Part shown: positions 45,698-55,182 of the stretch, piece after piece
Numbering within the stretch: the stretch's first letter is position 1
How the letters are laid out: every line of letters begins with the position of its first letter
Assembly: GCA_044375895.1 (NCBI GenBank)
Contig: JBILLV010000004.1
Span: 26,901-90,900 of the forward strand
Source: Polyangiales bacterium
Lineage (GTDB): Bacteria > Myxococcota_A > Polyangia > Polyangiales > Ga0077539
Reading direction: 5' to 3'
DNA: 64,000 nucleotides
The notes under the pieces: generated by a model
The model's input: only the letters and a program-made list of their open reading frames with translations
Told to the model about the DNA's origin: nothing
The model's database searches: none
Program-made: the position numbers and the translations under genes

Positions 45698-46929
45698 ACC
45701 GACCCGCCCTCGTCGCCCTCGCCTCCCTCGTCGCCCTCGGTCTGCCGGTCGCTTCCTGCAAGCGCCTGCGTCGGGACGACCCCCCGGGCCAGCTCGTCCC
45801 GCTGCCCCCGCCGCGCGCCACGGTCGACGCCGGGAGCGCCGCCGCGCCGCCTCCGCCTCCCACTCCCTCGGTGGCGCGCTCGGCCGATGCGGGCGAGGGT
45901 CCGATGCCGGGGTCGCCGCGCACCTTCGCGCCGCTCGTCCGAGCCACGCGGGCGTCGGTGGTGAGCATCTTCGCCAACACGCGCCAGGTGGTGCAGACGC
46001 CTTGGGGCTGGCAGCGCCCGCAGGAGCGCTACTCCCTCAGCAAGGGGACGGGCTTCCTCATCGCCGAGAACGGCGAGCTGCTCACGAACAACCACGTGAT
46101 CGAGGGGGCGGAGTTCATCCAGGTGCAGCTCGACGACGGGCGGCGCTTCGAGGCCTCGGTGCTCGGGCGCGACCCGCGGCTCGACGTGGCGCTGCTGCGC
46201 GTGAAGGCGCCGGGGGTGCGGCTCCAGGCCGTTCGGCTCGGCGACAGCGACCGCCTCGAGGTGGGCGACTGGGTGATGGCCATCGGCAACCCCTTCGGCC
46301 TGTCGCAGACGGTCACCGCGGGCATCGTGAGCGCGGTCGGTCGTACGGGGCGCGAGGTCGACCTCGGCGCCGGCAACTTCGGCAACCTCCTCCAGACCGA
46401 CGCGAGCATCAACCCGGGCAACTCGGGCGGGCCGTTGCTCAACACCTCGGGTGAGGTCATCGGCATCAACGTCGCGGTGCGACGCGAGGCGCAGGGCGTC
46501 GGGTTCGCGATCCCGATCAACATGGCCCGCACCATCGTCCCGCAGCTCCGGCAGTACGGCCACGCGATTCGCTCGTGGCTCGGCATCTCGCCCGGTGAAG
46601 TGACCGAGCAGATGCTCGAGTTCATGAGCCTGCCCGACACCCACGGAGCGCTCGTCCGCGAGGTGGTGGAGGGCTCCCCCGCGGTGCGCGCCGGCATCCG
46701 CCCGGGTGACGTCATCCGTCGCTTCGACGGCCATGAGATCCTCGATCACACGCAGTTGCCGTGGCTCGCCTCGTCCGCCGGCGTGGGCCATCGCGCGCGG
46801 GTCGAGCTCCTCCGCGAGGGCCAGCCCGTGCAGGTCGAGGTGACCCTCGAGGCCCTCCCCGAGCAGCCCGTGACGCCCACGGACATGCGCCAGGGCATGA
46901 TCCCGATCCCGCCGCCCGGCGCTCCCTGA
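45694..46929 (+). CDS. HtrA/DegP-family serine protease with PDZ domain
   Basis: GTGF..LTNNHV, DVALL, GNPFGL, QTDASINPGNSGGPL, WLGI..GSPA..GIRPGD. Confidence 0.95.
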   Translation: MNRPALVALASLVALGLPVASCKRLRRDDPPGQLVPLPPPRATVDAGSAAAPPPPPTPSVARSADAGEGPMPGSPRTFAPLVRATRASVVSIFANTRQVVQTPWGWQRPQERYSLSKGTGFLIAENGELLTNNHVIEGAEFIQVQLDDGRRFEASVLGRDPRLDVALLRVKAPGVRLQAVRLGDSDRLEVGDWVMAIGNPFGLSQTVTAGIVSAVGRTGREVDLGAGNFGNLLQTDASINPGNSGGPLLNTSGEVIGINVAVRREAQGVGFAIPINMARTIVPQLRQYGHAIRSWLGISPGEVTEQMLEFMSLPDTHGALVREVVEGSPAVRAGIRPGDVIRRFDGHEILDHTQLPWLASSAGVGHRARVELLREGQPVQVEVTLEALPEQPVTPTDMRQGMIPIPPPGAP

Positions 46930-46930
46930 G

Positions 46931-47872
46931 GTGACGCATCGGACCGCCCTCGTCGCCCTCGCGTTGGGGGTCGGCTGCCATCGCACCGCGCCATCGGCTC
47001 CCGCATCGCATACGCCTCGAAGCGAACCCCCCGACGCGGCGCTCGCACGTGACGTCCCTCGCGCTCTCGACGCGCCGCGGATCGTTCGTTCGGGGCGCTG
47101 CGACTCATGGGAGACGTTCGGGCGCGGGGTGTCGGTGCGTCGCTGCGACCGCGACGGCCCGCACGCCGCAGTGCTCCTCGCGGGCTGGGCGATTCGAACG
47201 CCCGCGGCGCGCGCGTGGGCCGACGCCCTCGACGACGCCCGACTGCGCGCGCTCGGCGTCTCGACGCGCTACGCCGTGGACGGACCGGCGCAGGTCGACT
47301 TCCGCGGCAAGGAGCTCGACGTCGACGGCCTCCTCCGCGCGCTCGCGGCCGCGACCAGCCCACGCGGGCGCGTGCTCGTCGTGGCGCATTCGAGCGGCGC
47401 CCATGTGGCGGCGACGATGTTCCATCGGGCCTTCGCGCGAGGCGCGGCGCCGGGGCTGCGTGGGCGGGTGGTGTACGTCGACCTCGACGGCGATGCGGGC
47501 ATCCGCGGCGACCCGGAGCGCGACCTCCACGTCGAGAGCGTGGCGGGGCTCCGTCGCCTGATCTTCGTCGCGACCGCGGTGCCCTCCCTGCGCTTGGAAG
47601 GCTTCAGCCGAGCGGCGATGGTCGCGGGGGCGCGCTCGTTCACCGAGCAGAGCGAGCTGTGGACCTACGACGCGACGCACTCGGGCTGCCGCGTCAACGC
47701 GTGCGCTCACCTCGCGCTCGTGGACACACGCCCCACCACGCGCGGCAACGAGTCGTACGCCCGCAGCACCCGTGAGACCGTCAACACCGCGTGGCTCACA
47801 CGCGCCGCGCCGTGGCTCGTCGACGACGCGCCAACCAACGACCGGGAGCTTGTTTCAGGGGAGAGTCAGTAG
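46931..47872 (+). CDS. Lipoprotein, alpha/beta-hydrolase-like
   Basis: LALGVGC lipobox; VVAHSSGA nucleophile-elbow-like motif. Confidence 0.55.
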   Translation: MTHRTALVALALGVGCHRTAPSAPASHTPRSEPPDAALARDVPRALDAPRIVRSGRCDSWETFGRGVSVRRCDRDGPHAAVLLAGWAIRTPAARAWADALDDARLRALGVSTRYAVDGPAQVDFRGKELDVDGLLRALAAATSPRGRVLVVAHSSGAHVAATMFHRAFARGAAPGLRGRVVYVDLDGDAGIRGDPERDLHVESVAGLRRLIFVATAVPSLRLEGFSRAAMVAGARSFTEQSELWTYDATHSGCRVNACAHLALVDTRPTTRGNESYARSTRETVNTAWLTRAAPWLVDDAPTNDRELVSGESQ

Positions 47873-48048
47873 GAGCGGACGGAGAAGCTCACCAGCGGGC
47901 GCGCGCCCGGCTGAGGCGCGGGCGCGGGCTGCGGGGCAGGAGCAGGCTGCGGCGACCACGCGCCGGGCTGCGTCCCCGCCGGACGTTGTGCGCCAAACTG
48001 AACGAGCGGCGTCGCGCCCGGAGCCCCGGCCGCGGGATAGGGACCCGC

Positions 48049-48189
48049 CGGCTGGGGATAACCGTACGGGGCGGGCTGGGGCTGCGGGTAGCCGTAGGGG
48101 GCGGCCTGCGGCTGCGGATAGCCATAGGGCGCAGGCTGAGGCTGGGGCTGGGGATAGCCGTAGGGGGCAGGCTGCGGCTGCGGATACCC
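48049..48189 (-). repeat. Coding tandem repeat (YGYPQPQPAP)n
   Basis: Four to five ~30-nt units. Confidence 0.8.
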
Positions 48190-48337
48190 GAAGCCCGAGG
48201 GGCGGCGCCAGGTTGACCGCCGAAGGTGACCAGGGGGGCGTTGGGGGCGGGCGCTCCGTACGGCGAAGGCTGCGGCGCGGCGCCATTCCATGCAGGTGCC
48301 GTCGGCGCACCGAAGCCACCCGGTTGGCCCGTCGTCG

Positions 48338-48435
48338 GCGCTCCAAGTGAACCCATCGGGGTGGGCGCACCGAGCGTCCCCATCGGGGTGGGTGCACCGA
48401 GCGTCCCCATCGGGGTGGGCGCACCGAGCGTCCCC
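48338..48435 (-). repeat. 27-nt coding tandem repeat (GTLGAPTPM)
   Basis: cccatcggggtggg(c/t)gcaccgagcgtc repeated three times plus a degenerate copy. Confidence 0.8.
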
Positions 48436-49585
48436 GGCATCGCGCCCGGCGCGGTGCCGACGGCAGGCGCCGTGGTGGGAGCGCCCAGCGACGGAGGGGC
48501 AGCAGGCGACCCACCCCATGACGGCGCCGCCACCGGGGTGGGAGCGGGCGTGGGCGGAGGAGCGATCGGGGCCGCGGGAGCCATCGGCGCAGGAGGCGCC
48601 ATCGCAGGCGCCGGGGCGGGCGCCGTGTCGGAGGGGATCGCCCAGAGCGGGGCTTCGTTGCCAGGGTTGGTGGGCACCGGCGGAACTTCCGCGACGGGAA
48701 CGGGTGCCGCGACCGGCGCGACGACCCCACCCCGACCGCGACGACCGCGACGCCCCCGCGCCGTGGTGGGCTCCGCGCCGAACATCGGCACCGCGCCCTG
48801 CACCGGCTGCGAGAGGCCCCCGCCCGGCATCACCGGGGTCGGCATCGCGGGGACGGCGCCCGGCGCAGGAGCCTCGACCGCCGCAGGACCTCCCCCCGTA
48901 CGGTTGCCCGAGGTGCGCTGCGAGGCCGTGCCGCTCACGGAGATGAAGCCCGCGTTGGTGGCGACGCTCCACGAGAGGTTGAGGCTCAGGCGGCTGCCGT
49001 TGATGGTGCCGGTGCCGTTGCGGAGCGTGAGGTTCATCCGCAGCTCGCGCACCGGGTCGGTCATGGTGCATTCCTGACCGGGGAGGAAGGTGAGCGACGT
49101 GGCCCCGGCGAGGTTCGCCTCCAGCACACAACGCTCCCCGCGACTGCTCGTCACGTGAAACGCCAGATCGCCCCGCGACCCGGGCCTCGCCTCGGCGCGC
49201 TCGCGGGTCGTGCGGGACTCCGTCGTCGCGATCGGCGACGTGACGTTGACCGTGGTGTTGGAGGTGACCGAGTACGTCCCAGCGAAGGCGCCAGGACCAC
49301 GCTGGGCCGCGGCGGGTGCAGCGACCAGCACCAGCGCACCGAGGGTGGGGACAGACAGGTGCAGGGTGCGGCGGATCATCCCCGCGATGGTGCGCCCGGA
49401 GCGAAACAGAATCAAACCCGGAGTGACACTTCTCATCGGCTTCGCTCCTTGCTGCGATGCGGCATGACCGGCAATGATGCGTTGTACGAGCGCCCCCCTG
49501 GACGCTTCAACGCCCCGCGGCGGTCTATGGATTGCAGACTGATCTGCGCATGACCGCGATGCTCGCCGCCCGACCGGTGTTTTCC

Positions 49586-50965
49586 ATGACCACGACGCCC
49601 CGCAAACCCCGCACCCTGGTCGTCGATGACGACGTCGACCTCGCCTCCCTCGTCGTCGACATCCTGCGCCGCGCCGGCCACGACGTCACTGCGGTCCATG
49701 ACGCCCGAGCGGCCATGGCGGCGATCGAGGTCGCCCCCCCCGACCTGCTGGTGACGGACGTGTGCATGGAGGGGGTCGACGGGCTCGAGCTCATCGAGTG
49801 GACCCGGCGCTTCGACCCGCGGGTCACGGCCATCGCGATCACGGCCTTCGGGAGCATCGAGACCGCCGTCCGGGCGGTTCGCCTCGGCGCCTACGATTTC
49901 GTCACGAAGCCCTTTGAACCGCAGACCTTCCGCCTCGCCGTCGAGCGCGCGGTGGAGCACAGCGCCCTCCACGACGAGGTCTCCCGCCTCCGGAGCGAGC
50001 TCGGGGCGCGCTTCGGTCGCGCGGGGATCGTCGGCCGCAGCGCCCACCTCGCGGAGATCGTCGACCTCGTGCGCCGCGTGGCCGACGGGCCCGCCACGGT
50101 GCTCGTCACGGGGCCGAGCGGCACGGGCAAGGAGCTCGTCGCCCGCGCGCTCCACACCGAGAGCAAGCGGCGTTCGCGGCGCTTCGTGGCCGTCAACTGC
50201 GCGGCCATCCCTGACGCCCTGCTGGAGAGCGAGCTCTTCGGCTACAAGCGCGGCGCCTTCACCGACGCCCGCACCGATCGGGTGGGGCTCTTCCAGGAGG
50301 CCGACGGGGGCACCCTCTTCCTCGACGAGATCGGCGACCTCCCCATGGGGCTCCAGGCCAAGATCCTGCGCGTTCTTCAGGAGCGGGAGGTGCGTCCGCT
50401 CGGGGCCGCGAAGGCCGAGCCCATCGACGTGCGCGTCGTGGCTGCGACCCACCATGATCTCCGGCGCTCGGTGAAGGAGGGGCGCTTCCGCGAAGACCTG
50501 TTCTACCGCCTCGCGGTCATCGAGATCGGGATCGCCCCTCTGCGCGATCGGACCGAGGACATCGCGCCGCTGGCCGACCACTTCCTCCAGAAGTTCAACG
50601 AGCGGTCGGGGCGATCGATCCAGGGGTTTTCGGGCGCGGCGCTCAAGCGGATGGAGGCCTACGTGTGGCCCGGCAACGTCCGCGAGCTGGAGAACGCCGT
50701 CGAGCGCGCCGTCGCCCTCGCGCGCGACGAATGGATCACCCCCGACGACCTCCCCGCCACCCTCCAGACCGCCGCCGCGCCCGACTTCCTCACCGCCGCG
50801 GCCGAGCGCGAGATGACCCTCGACGCTCTCACCATGGCGTACGTCCACCGCGTGCTCGAGCGCAACGGCGGCAACAAGAAGCGAACCGCCCGGCTGCTCG
50901 GCATCGATCGACGCACCATCCAGCGCTGGCTCGGCGAGACGGGTCCGGACGCCGAAGACGTGTGA
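49586..50965 (+). CDS. NtrC/AtoC-family sigma-54 response regulator
   Basis: Receiver LVVDDD..VTDVCM..TAFGS..KP; GPSGTGKE; ESELFGYKRGAFTDA; WPGNVRELEN; Fis-type HTH. Confidence 0.95.
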   Translation: MTTTPRKPRTLVVDDDVDLASLVVDILRRAGHDVTAVHDARAAMAAIEVAPPDLLVTDVCMEGVDGLELIEWTRRFDPRVTAIAITAFGSIETAVRAVRLGAYDFVTKPFEPQTFRLAVERAVEHSALHDEVSRLRSELGARFGRAGIVGRSAHLAEIVDLVRRVADGPATVLVTGPSGTGKELVARALHTESKRRSRRFVAVNCAAIPDALLESELFGYKRGAFTDARTDRVGLFQEADGGTLFLDEIGDLPMGLQAKILRVLQEREVRPLGAAKAEPIDVRVVAATHHDLRRSVKEGRFREDLFYRLAVIEIGIAPLRDRTEDIAPLADHFLQKFNERSGRSIQGFSGAALKRMEAYVWPGNVRELENAVERAVALARDEWITPDDLPATLQTAAAPDFLTAAAEREMTLDALTMAYVHRVLERNGGNKKRTARLLGIDRRTIQRWLGETGPDAEDV

Positions 50966-50998
50966 CAATCCGCCGCACGGGGCGGCCAACGCGTGCGC

Positions 50999-52282
50999 CT
51001 ACCGCAGCGCGAATCCATACACCGCCACCCGCGCCGCGTACGTCGCGCAGGTCGCATCACGGAACAACACCCCACACGCGGGCATCCCGCACAGCGCGCT
51101 CGACGCCGACCCCGCCCACCCCTCGAACGCGCTCGACCCCGTGTCGCACACGCTCCCCGCGGACACCGAGGTGGCGGTGAAGCACATCGGGAGGTTGAGC
51201 CGCGACGCCTCGCACGCCCCCGCGGCGGCGTAGCCCAGACGGAGCTCCTGCCCGCCCTCCAGCGCGACCCGCTTCGCCGCGAAGCCGCCATCGCTCCGGT
51301 AGGTGTCGGCGTCCCAGGTGAGCGTCGTGGCGGCTGTGCGGCGCACCGAGCGGCGGTCGGTGAAGTTGTCGATGCGCACCTCGCGGAAGCGTAGCCCCGT
51401 GAGGTCGACCGAGTGCTCGCTGTCCATCCACAGCGCCGCGGGCGCGCCGAAGGGGGTCACCCCCGCCACCCGCGTCCGGTCCATCGACGGGGTCGTCGTG
51501 CGAACCACGGCGCCGTACGTCCATCCGCCGCCGTCGGCCTCCATGTCGCAGTACACCGCGAAGGGCTCGCGCGGGCCGAGGCCGTCCGCGTCGATGGGGT
51601 ACACGCCCGTCGGCAGCGTCCGCACGATGCGGTGCAGGTCGGCGCAGCTCGCCGTCATCGGGACGCCGCACACCCCGCCCGCGCAGATCGTCGCGGCCTC
51701 ACAGACGCGCCCGCACGCGCCGCAGTTCGAAGGGTCGCCGACGAGGTCGGCCTCGCAGCCGTTGGCGCCGTCGCCGTCGCAGTCCCCACGCATCGGCGAG
51801 CCGCACGCCGCCCGCGCGCACACCCCCGCGGCGCAGGGGAGGGCGCCGCCCATGTCCGTGCCGCAGTCGTTGCCGCAGCGCCCGCAGTGCAGCCCGCTCG
51901 TCGCCAGCTCGGCCTCGCAGCCGTTCGATCGGTCGCCGTCGCAGTCGGCGTAGCCCACGTCGCAGCGCGCCCGACACACGCCGCTCTCGCACGAGGCGGC
52001 CGCGTGGGCCCCCGCCGCGCACGACACCCCGCAGGCCCCGCAGTGGGCGGCGTTGCTCGTCGGGTCGACGCACCGCGAGGCGCAACAGCGGCGGCCCGAC
52101 TCGCACATCGCGTCGCTGACGCAGAACGAGGGTGAACCGTCGGGCGGCGACCCGTCCGGCGCGTCGGCGTCGGGCACGGCGCCATCGATCACGTCCGCCG
52201 CGGGCGTTGCGTCCACGGGGGCGGGCGGCAGCACCTCCGAACAGCCCAGCAGCCAGAGTCCTCCCAGCGCCGCTCGCTTCAT
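50999..52282 (-). CDS. Cys-rich lipoprotein with fibrinogen-like (YCDxxxxGGGW) domain
   Basis: LWLLGC lipobox; DCDGDxxNGCE and HCGxCG repeats; SCADL..GVYPID..VYCDMEADGGGWT. Confidence 0.82.
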   Translation of the reverse strand: MKRAALGGLWLLGCSEVLPPAPVDATPAADVIDGAVPDADAPDGSPPDGSPSFCVSDAMCESGRRCCASRCVDPTSNAAHCGACGVSCAAGAHAAASCESGVCRARCDVGYADCDGDRSNGCEAELATSGLHCGRCGNDCGTDMGGALPCAAGVCARAACGSPMRGDCDGDGANGCEADLVGDPSNCGACGRVCEAATICAGGVCGVPMTASCADLHRIVRTLPTGVYPIDADGLGPREPFAVYCDMEADGGGWTYGAVVRTTTPSMDRTRVAGVTPFGAPAALWMDSEHSVDLTGLRFREVRIDNFTDRRSVRRTAATTLTWDADTYRSDGGFAAKRVALEGGQELRLGYAAAGACEASRLNLPMCFTATSVSAGSVCDTGSSAFEGWAGSASSALCGMPACGVLFRDATCATYAARVAVYGFALR

Positions 52283-53073
52283 GGCGTGCGCATCGGGTCG
52301 GGCTCTCCGTAGCGGGGCATCGGCGCGGGGGCGGGGGTGCGCACGCGGTCGGCGGGGAGCATCCCGGCGAGGTCGCCGACGACGGCGTCGGTCTCGTCGG
52401 CGTAGATGCCCTCACGCCCGTACACGGTGTAGACGCGCACCACCCGGCCGAGGCCCGCGATGTACTGGTCGGCCTCGCGGCGCAGCGTCACGGGGCGGAT
52501 CACCTCCAGCATCTCGCGCATGTCGAGGGCGTACTCGCGCACCGCGCCGCCCACCGGGAGACGCGCGCGGCGCAGCCAGGCCGTGAGCAGCCCGCGGCCC
52601 GGACCGATCACCACCGAAGGGCGTTGGCCGCGGAGGATCTCGTACGTGCGGGCGCCTGAGGCGACCCGGCGCGTGATGGTCACCTCGGGGGTGCGCAGCT
52701 CGTACCGACGGATGTCAGCCTGCCCGTCGGCGCGCTGCACGCCGGGGAGCGTCATGCGCTTCCAGGCCCGGAGCGGGAGGAGCGCGCGGTCGTAGACCAC
52801 CTCGATGTCCGAGACGTTGAGGGGCCACTCCTGCCGCGCGGTCAGGGCGAAGGCGCACCCGCGGTCGCGCAGCTCGTAGCGCTCCACCACGGTCTGCTCC
52901 ACCGCGGAGGGACCCGCGCGGAGATGGCCCGACGCCACGACGCTCCCGGGAGGCAGCGCGGCGCCGTCGCAGGTGGGGTACGGGAGCTCGGGGACGGAGG
53001 CCACGGCGACATGCTTGCGACGGCACGCGGCGAGCGCGGCGATGAGGAGGAGTGCGCGGAGGCGGCGGGGCAT
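52279..53073 (-). CDS. Hypothetical lipoprotein
   Basis: MPRRLRALLLIAALAAC; starts 2 nt after the vgrG stop; ATGA overlap with the next gene. Confidence 0.75.
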   Translation of the reverse strand: MPRRLRALLLIAALAACRRKHVAVASVPELPYPTCDGAALPPGSVVASGHLRAGPSAVEQTVVERYELRDRGCAFALTARQEWPLNVSDIEVVYDRALLPLRAWKRMTLPGVQRADGQADIRRYELRTPEVTITRRVASGARTYEILRGQRPSVVIGPGRGLLTAWLRRARLPVGGAVREYALDMREMLEVIRPVTLRREADQYIAGLGRVVRVYTVYGREGIYADETDAVVGDLAGMLPADRVRTPAPAPMPRYGEPDPMRTP

Positions 53074-53075
53074 CG

Positions 53076-55106
53076 TCAGTTGAGGTCGATGACTTCGCCC
53101 GTGACCACCACGGGGCCGCTCGCCTTGATGCGGATCTTCACGCCTTCGAGCGTGATGTTGCCGTCGGCGTCCATGGTGAGCTTCGACTTGCCGACGGTCA
53201 CCTGCTTGAGCTGGCCCACCGTCTCCAGGGCCTTCTGACCGATCTGCATGAGCTGGTTGGCGTCGATGCTGGTGCTCTGCCCCTGCGGCCCGTGGATCTG
53301 GTTGTCCTGGTTGCCCTGGACCTCCTTCGCCTCGTGGCCGCCCACCTGCGTCGAGCGGTTCTGGTCGACGTTGTTGGTCTCGTTGCCCTGGATGTGCTTG
53401 GCGCGGTGGCGGTTCACCATGAGCGACTGGTCGTTCTTCACCAGGGTGTCCATGTTGCGCTCGGCCTGCATGAAGAGCTGCTCCAGGCCCGCCAGGTCTT
53501 CGAAGCGCATCTCGTTGTAGCCGCCGGTCTTGGGCGTGCTCCAGGTCTTGAGCGAGGTCTTGGTCTTCTCCTCGGGGAGGCCGTAGGGCGTGGGGTTCTC
53601 GCCGTTGTACACCACCGACGTGACGAGGGGCCGGTCGGGGTCGCCCTCGATAAACTGCACCACCACCTCCATCCCGATGCGCGGGATGAACACGAAGCCC
53701 CAGCCCGCGCCGCCCATGTTCTGCGCCGTGCGGATCCAGCACGAGCTGTTCTCGTCCTCGCGGCCGACGCGGTCCCAGTGAAACTGCACCTTCACGCGCC
53801 CGTGCTTGTCCGTGTGGATGTCCTCGCCCGCCGGGCCCACGATCCGCGCGGTCTGCGGCCCCTCGATGACGGGACGCGGCGTGACGCGCTCGGGGCGGAA
53901 GGGCGCGCTCGTCTCCATCCCCTCCAGGCGGTGCGTGAAGAAGCGGTTGACGTAGCGGTCTTGAAGGGCCGTCGGGTCGTCGCCCGTCGCGCCCAGCGGG
54001 AGCCCCATGTCCGCCAGGATCTGCCGCGCCCGCGGGCTCTTGAGGATCTCCGCCGGCAGCGTGTGCCAGGCCTGCCCGGTGTGCTCGACGCGCGTGACGA
54101 GGTAGCGCCGATCGAGCGTCGGGCGCTCGTGGCCCGCCACCGCGACCGCGTAGCCCGGGGTGATCGCGTGGACGTTGCTGCGCCCCTGGCCCACGTGGTC
54201 GCGCGTGCGGTGCTCCTCGAGGCGGACGCGCGCGAGGCGGCGGGTGTTGTGCTGCTGGTACGTGGCGGTGTCCTGGTCGTACGAGCCGATGGCCGAGCGG
54301 GCCGGGTACTCGTAGATGGGCATGCGACCCGGCTCGGCGGGGTGCTGCGCCGTCATGTCGAGGGCCGCCCGCGGCCGCGTGAAATCGTAGTCGCGGAGCT
54401 GCACGCTCGTCGGGCGCAGCGTGTGGCGCTCGTCAAACCAGTGGACCGTCTCCGTCGAGGCCGTCGCCGAGCCCGCGTCAGACACCCGCGCCGGGGCGCC
54501 GCCCGCGATCGACTCCGCCCACGTGTGCTCGTCGCCCGCCAGCACCAGCGACTCCCCCTCGCCGTCGCCGTCGTGCTTGAAATAGAAGGGGATCCCTTCG
54601 TCTTCGAAGAGCCGACGGACGAAGGCGAGGTCGGTCTCGTGAAACTGCACGCAGTACTCGCGCGTCGGGAGCGACTGGAGCGACGGGTCGACCGCCAGCG
54701 CCGTCCCCTGGTAGACGTTCGCCGCGCGGAACACCGCCTGCGCGATCTGCACGACGTTGAGGTCCTGGAAGAGGCGCGTGTCCATGCGCTGCGAGAGGAT
54801 CCAGAGCGACGGGACGACGTCGACCCGCGCGAAGCGGTGGGTCGCGAGCGAGCCGAGCTCCTCCACCTGCTGCACGATCCCCTTCACCACGCGCTCGACG
54901 CCGCCGCGTGTGGTGCGCAGCGTCGCGGGCGTGCCGAGCAGCGACTCGAGCGACGCGCCGCCAGGCTCCATCGAGAGCACCACGCTCGCGCGGTAGAGCT
55001 CGGACATCGACTCGTTGACCTGCGTGTGGACGACGTTCCACGCGTCGTCCGGGACGTTGCCAGCCGCAAAACGGAAGGTGACCTCCGAGAGAACACTGTC
55101 GCTCAT
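53076..55106 (-). CDS. vgrG: Type VI secretion spike protein VgrG
   Basis: REYCVQFHETDLAFVRRLFEDEGI, LRDYDF, GPQTARIVGP..IHTDKHGRVKVQFHWDR, SSCWIR, IPRIGMEVVVQFIEGDPDRP, NEMRFED. Confidence 0.96.
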   Translation of the reverse strand: MSDSVLSEVTFRFAAGNVPDDAWNVVHTQVNESMSELYRASVVLSMEPGGASLESLLGTPATLRTTRGGVERVVKGIVQQVEELGSLATHRFARVDVVPSLWILSQRMDTRLFQDLNVVQIAQAVFRAANVYQGTALAVDPSLQSLPTREYCVQFHETDLAFVRRLFEDEGIPFYFKHDGDGEGESLVLAGDEHTWAESIAGGAPARVSDAGSATASTETVHWFDERHTLRPTSVQLRDYDFTRPRAALDMTAQHPAEPGRMPIYEYPARSAIGSYDQDTATYQQHNTRRLARVRLEEHRTRDHVGQGRSNVHAITPGYAVAVAGHERPTLDRRYLVTRVEHTGQAWHTLPAEILKSPRARQILADMGLPLGATGDDPTALQDRYVNRFFTHRLEGMETSAPFRPERVTPRPVIEGPQTARIVGPAGEDIHTDKHGRVKVQFHWDRVGREDENSSCWIRTAQNMGGAGWGFVFIPRIGMEVVVQFIEGDPDRPLVTSVVYNGENPTPYGLPEEKTKTSLKTWSTPKTGGYNEMRFEDLAGLEQLFMQAERNMDTLVKNDQSLMVNRHRAKHIQGNETNNVDQNRSTQVGGHEAKEVQGNQDNQIHGPQGQSTSIDANQLMQIGQKALETVGQLKQVTVGKSKLTMDADGNITLEGVKIRIKASGPVVVTGEVIDLN

Positions 55107-55182
55107 GGCCGCGGATTGTCTCACAGTGTGCCGATCGTGGGCGCGCGAAATGGAACCCCGCTGCGTGACCCCAGCGCCGACG

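Larger units (their letters stand above)
47866..49379 (-). pseudogene. Secreted Pro/Gln/Tyr-rich protein split by a 1-nt frameshift near 48199-48202 (real mutation or sequencing error)
   Basis: 5' frame: signal peptide MIRRTLHLSVPTLGALVLVAAPAAAQ, beta domain, Pro-rich to PLVTFGGQPGAA. 3' frame continues SGFGYPQPQPAPYGY..PLVQFGA..PLVSFSVRSY. Confidence 0.75.

Noticed and set aside
50240-50270. GAFTDA instead of GAFTGA in the NtrC-like regulator
   Set aside because: A common natural variant among sigma-54 activators.
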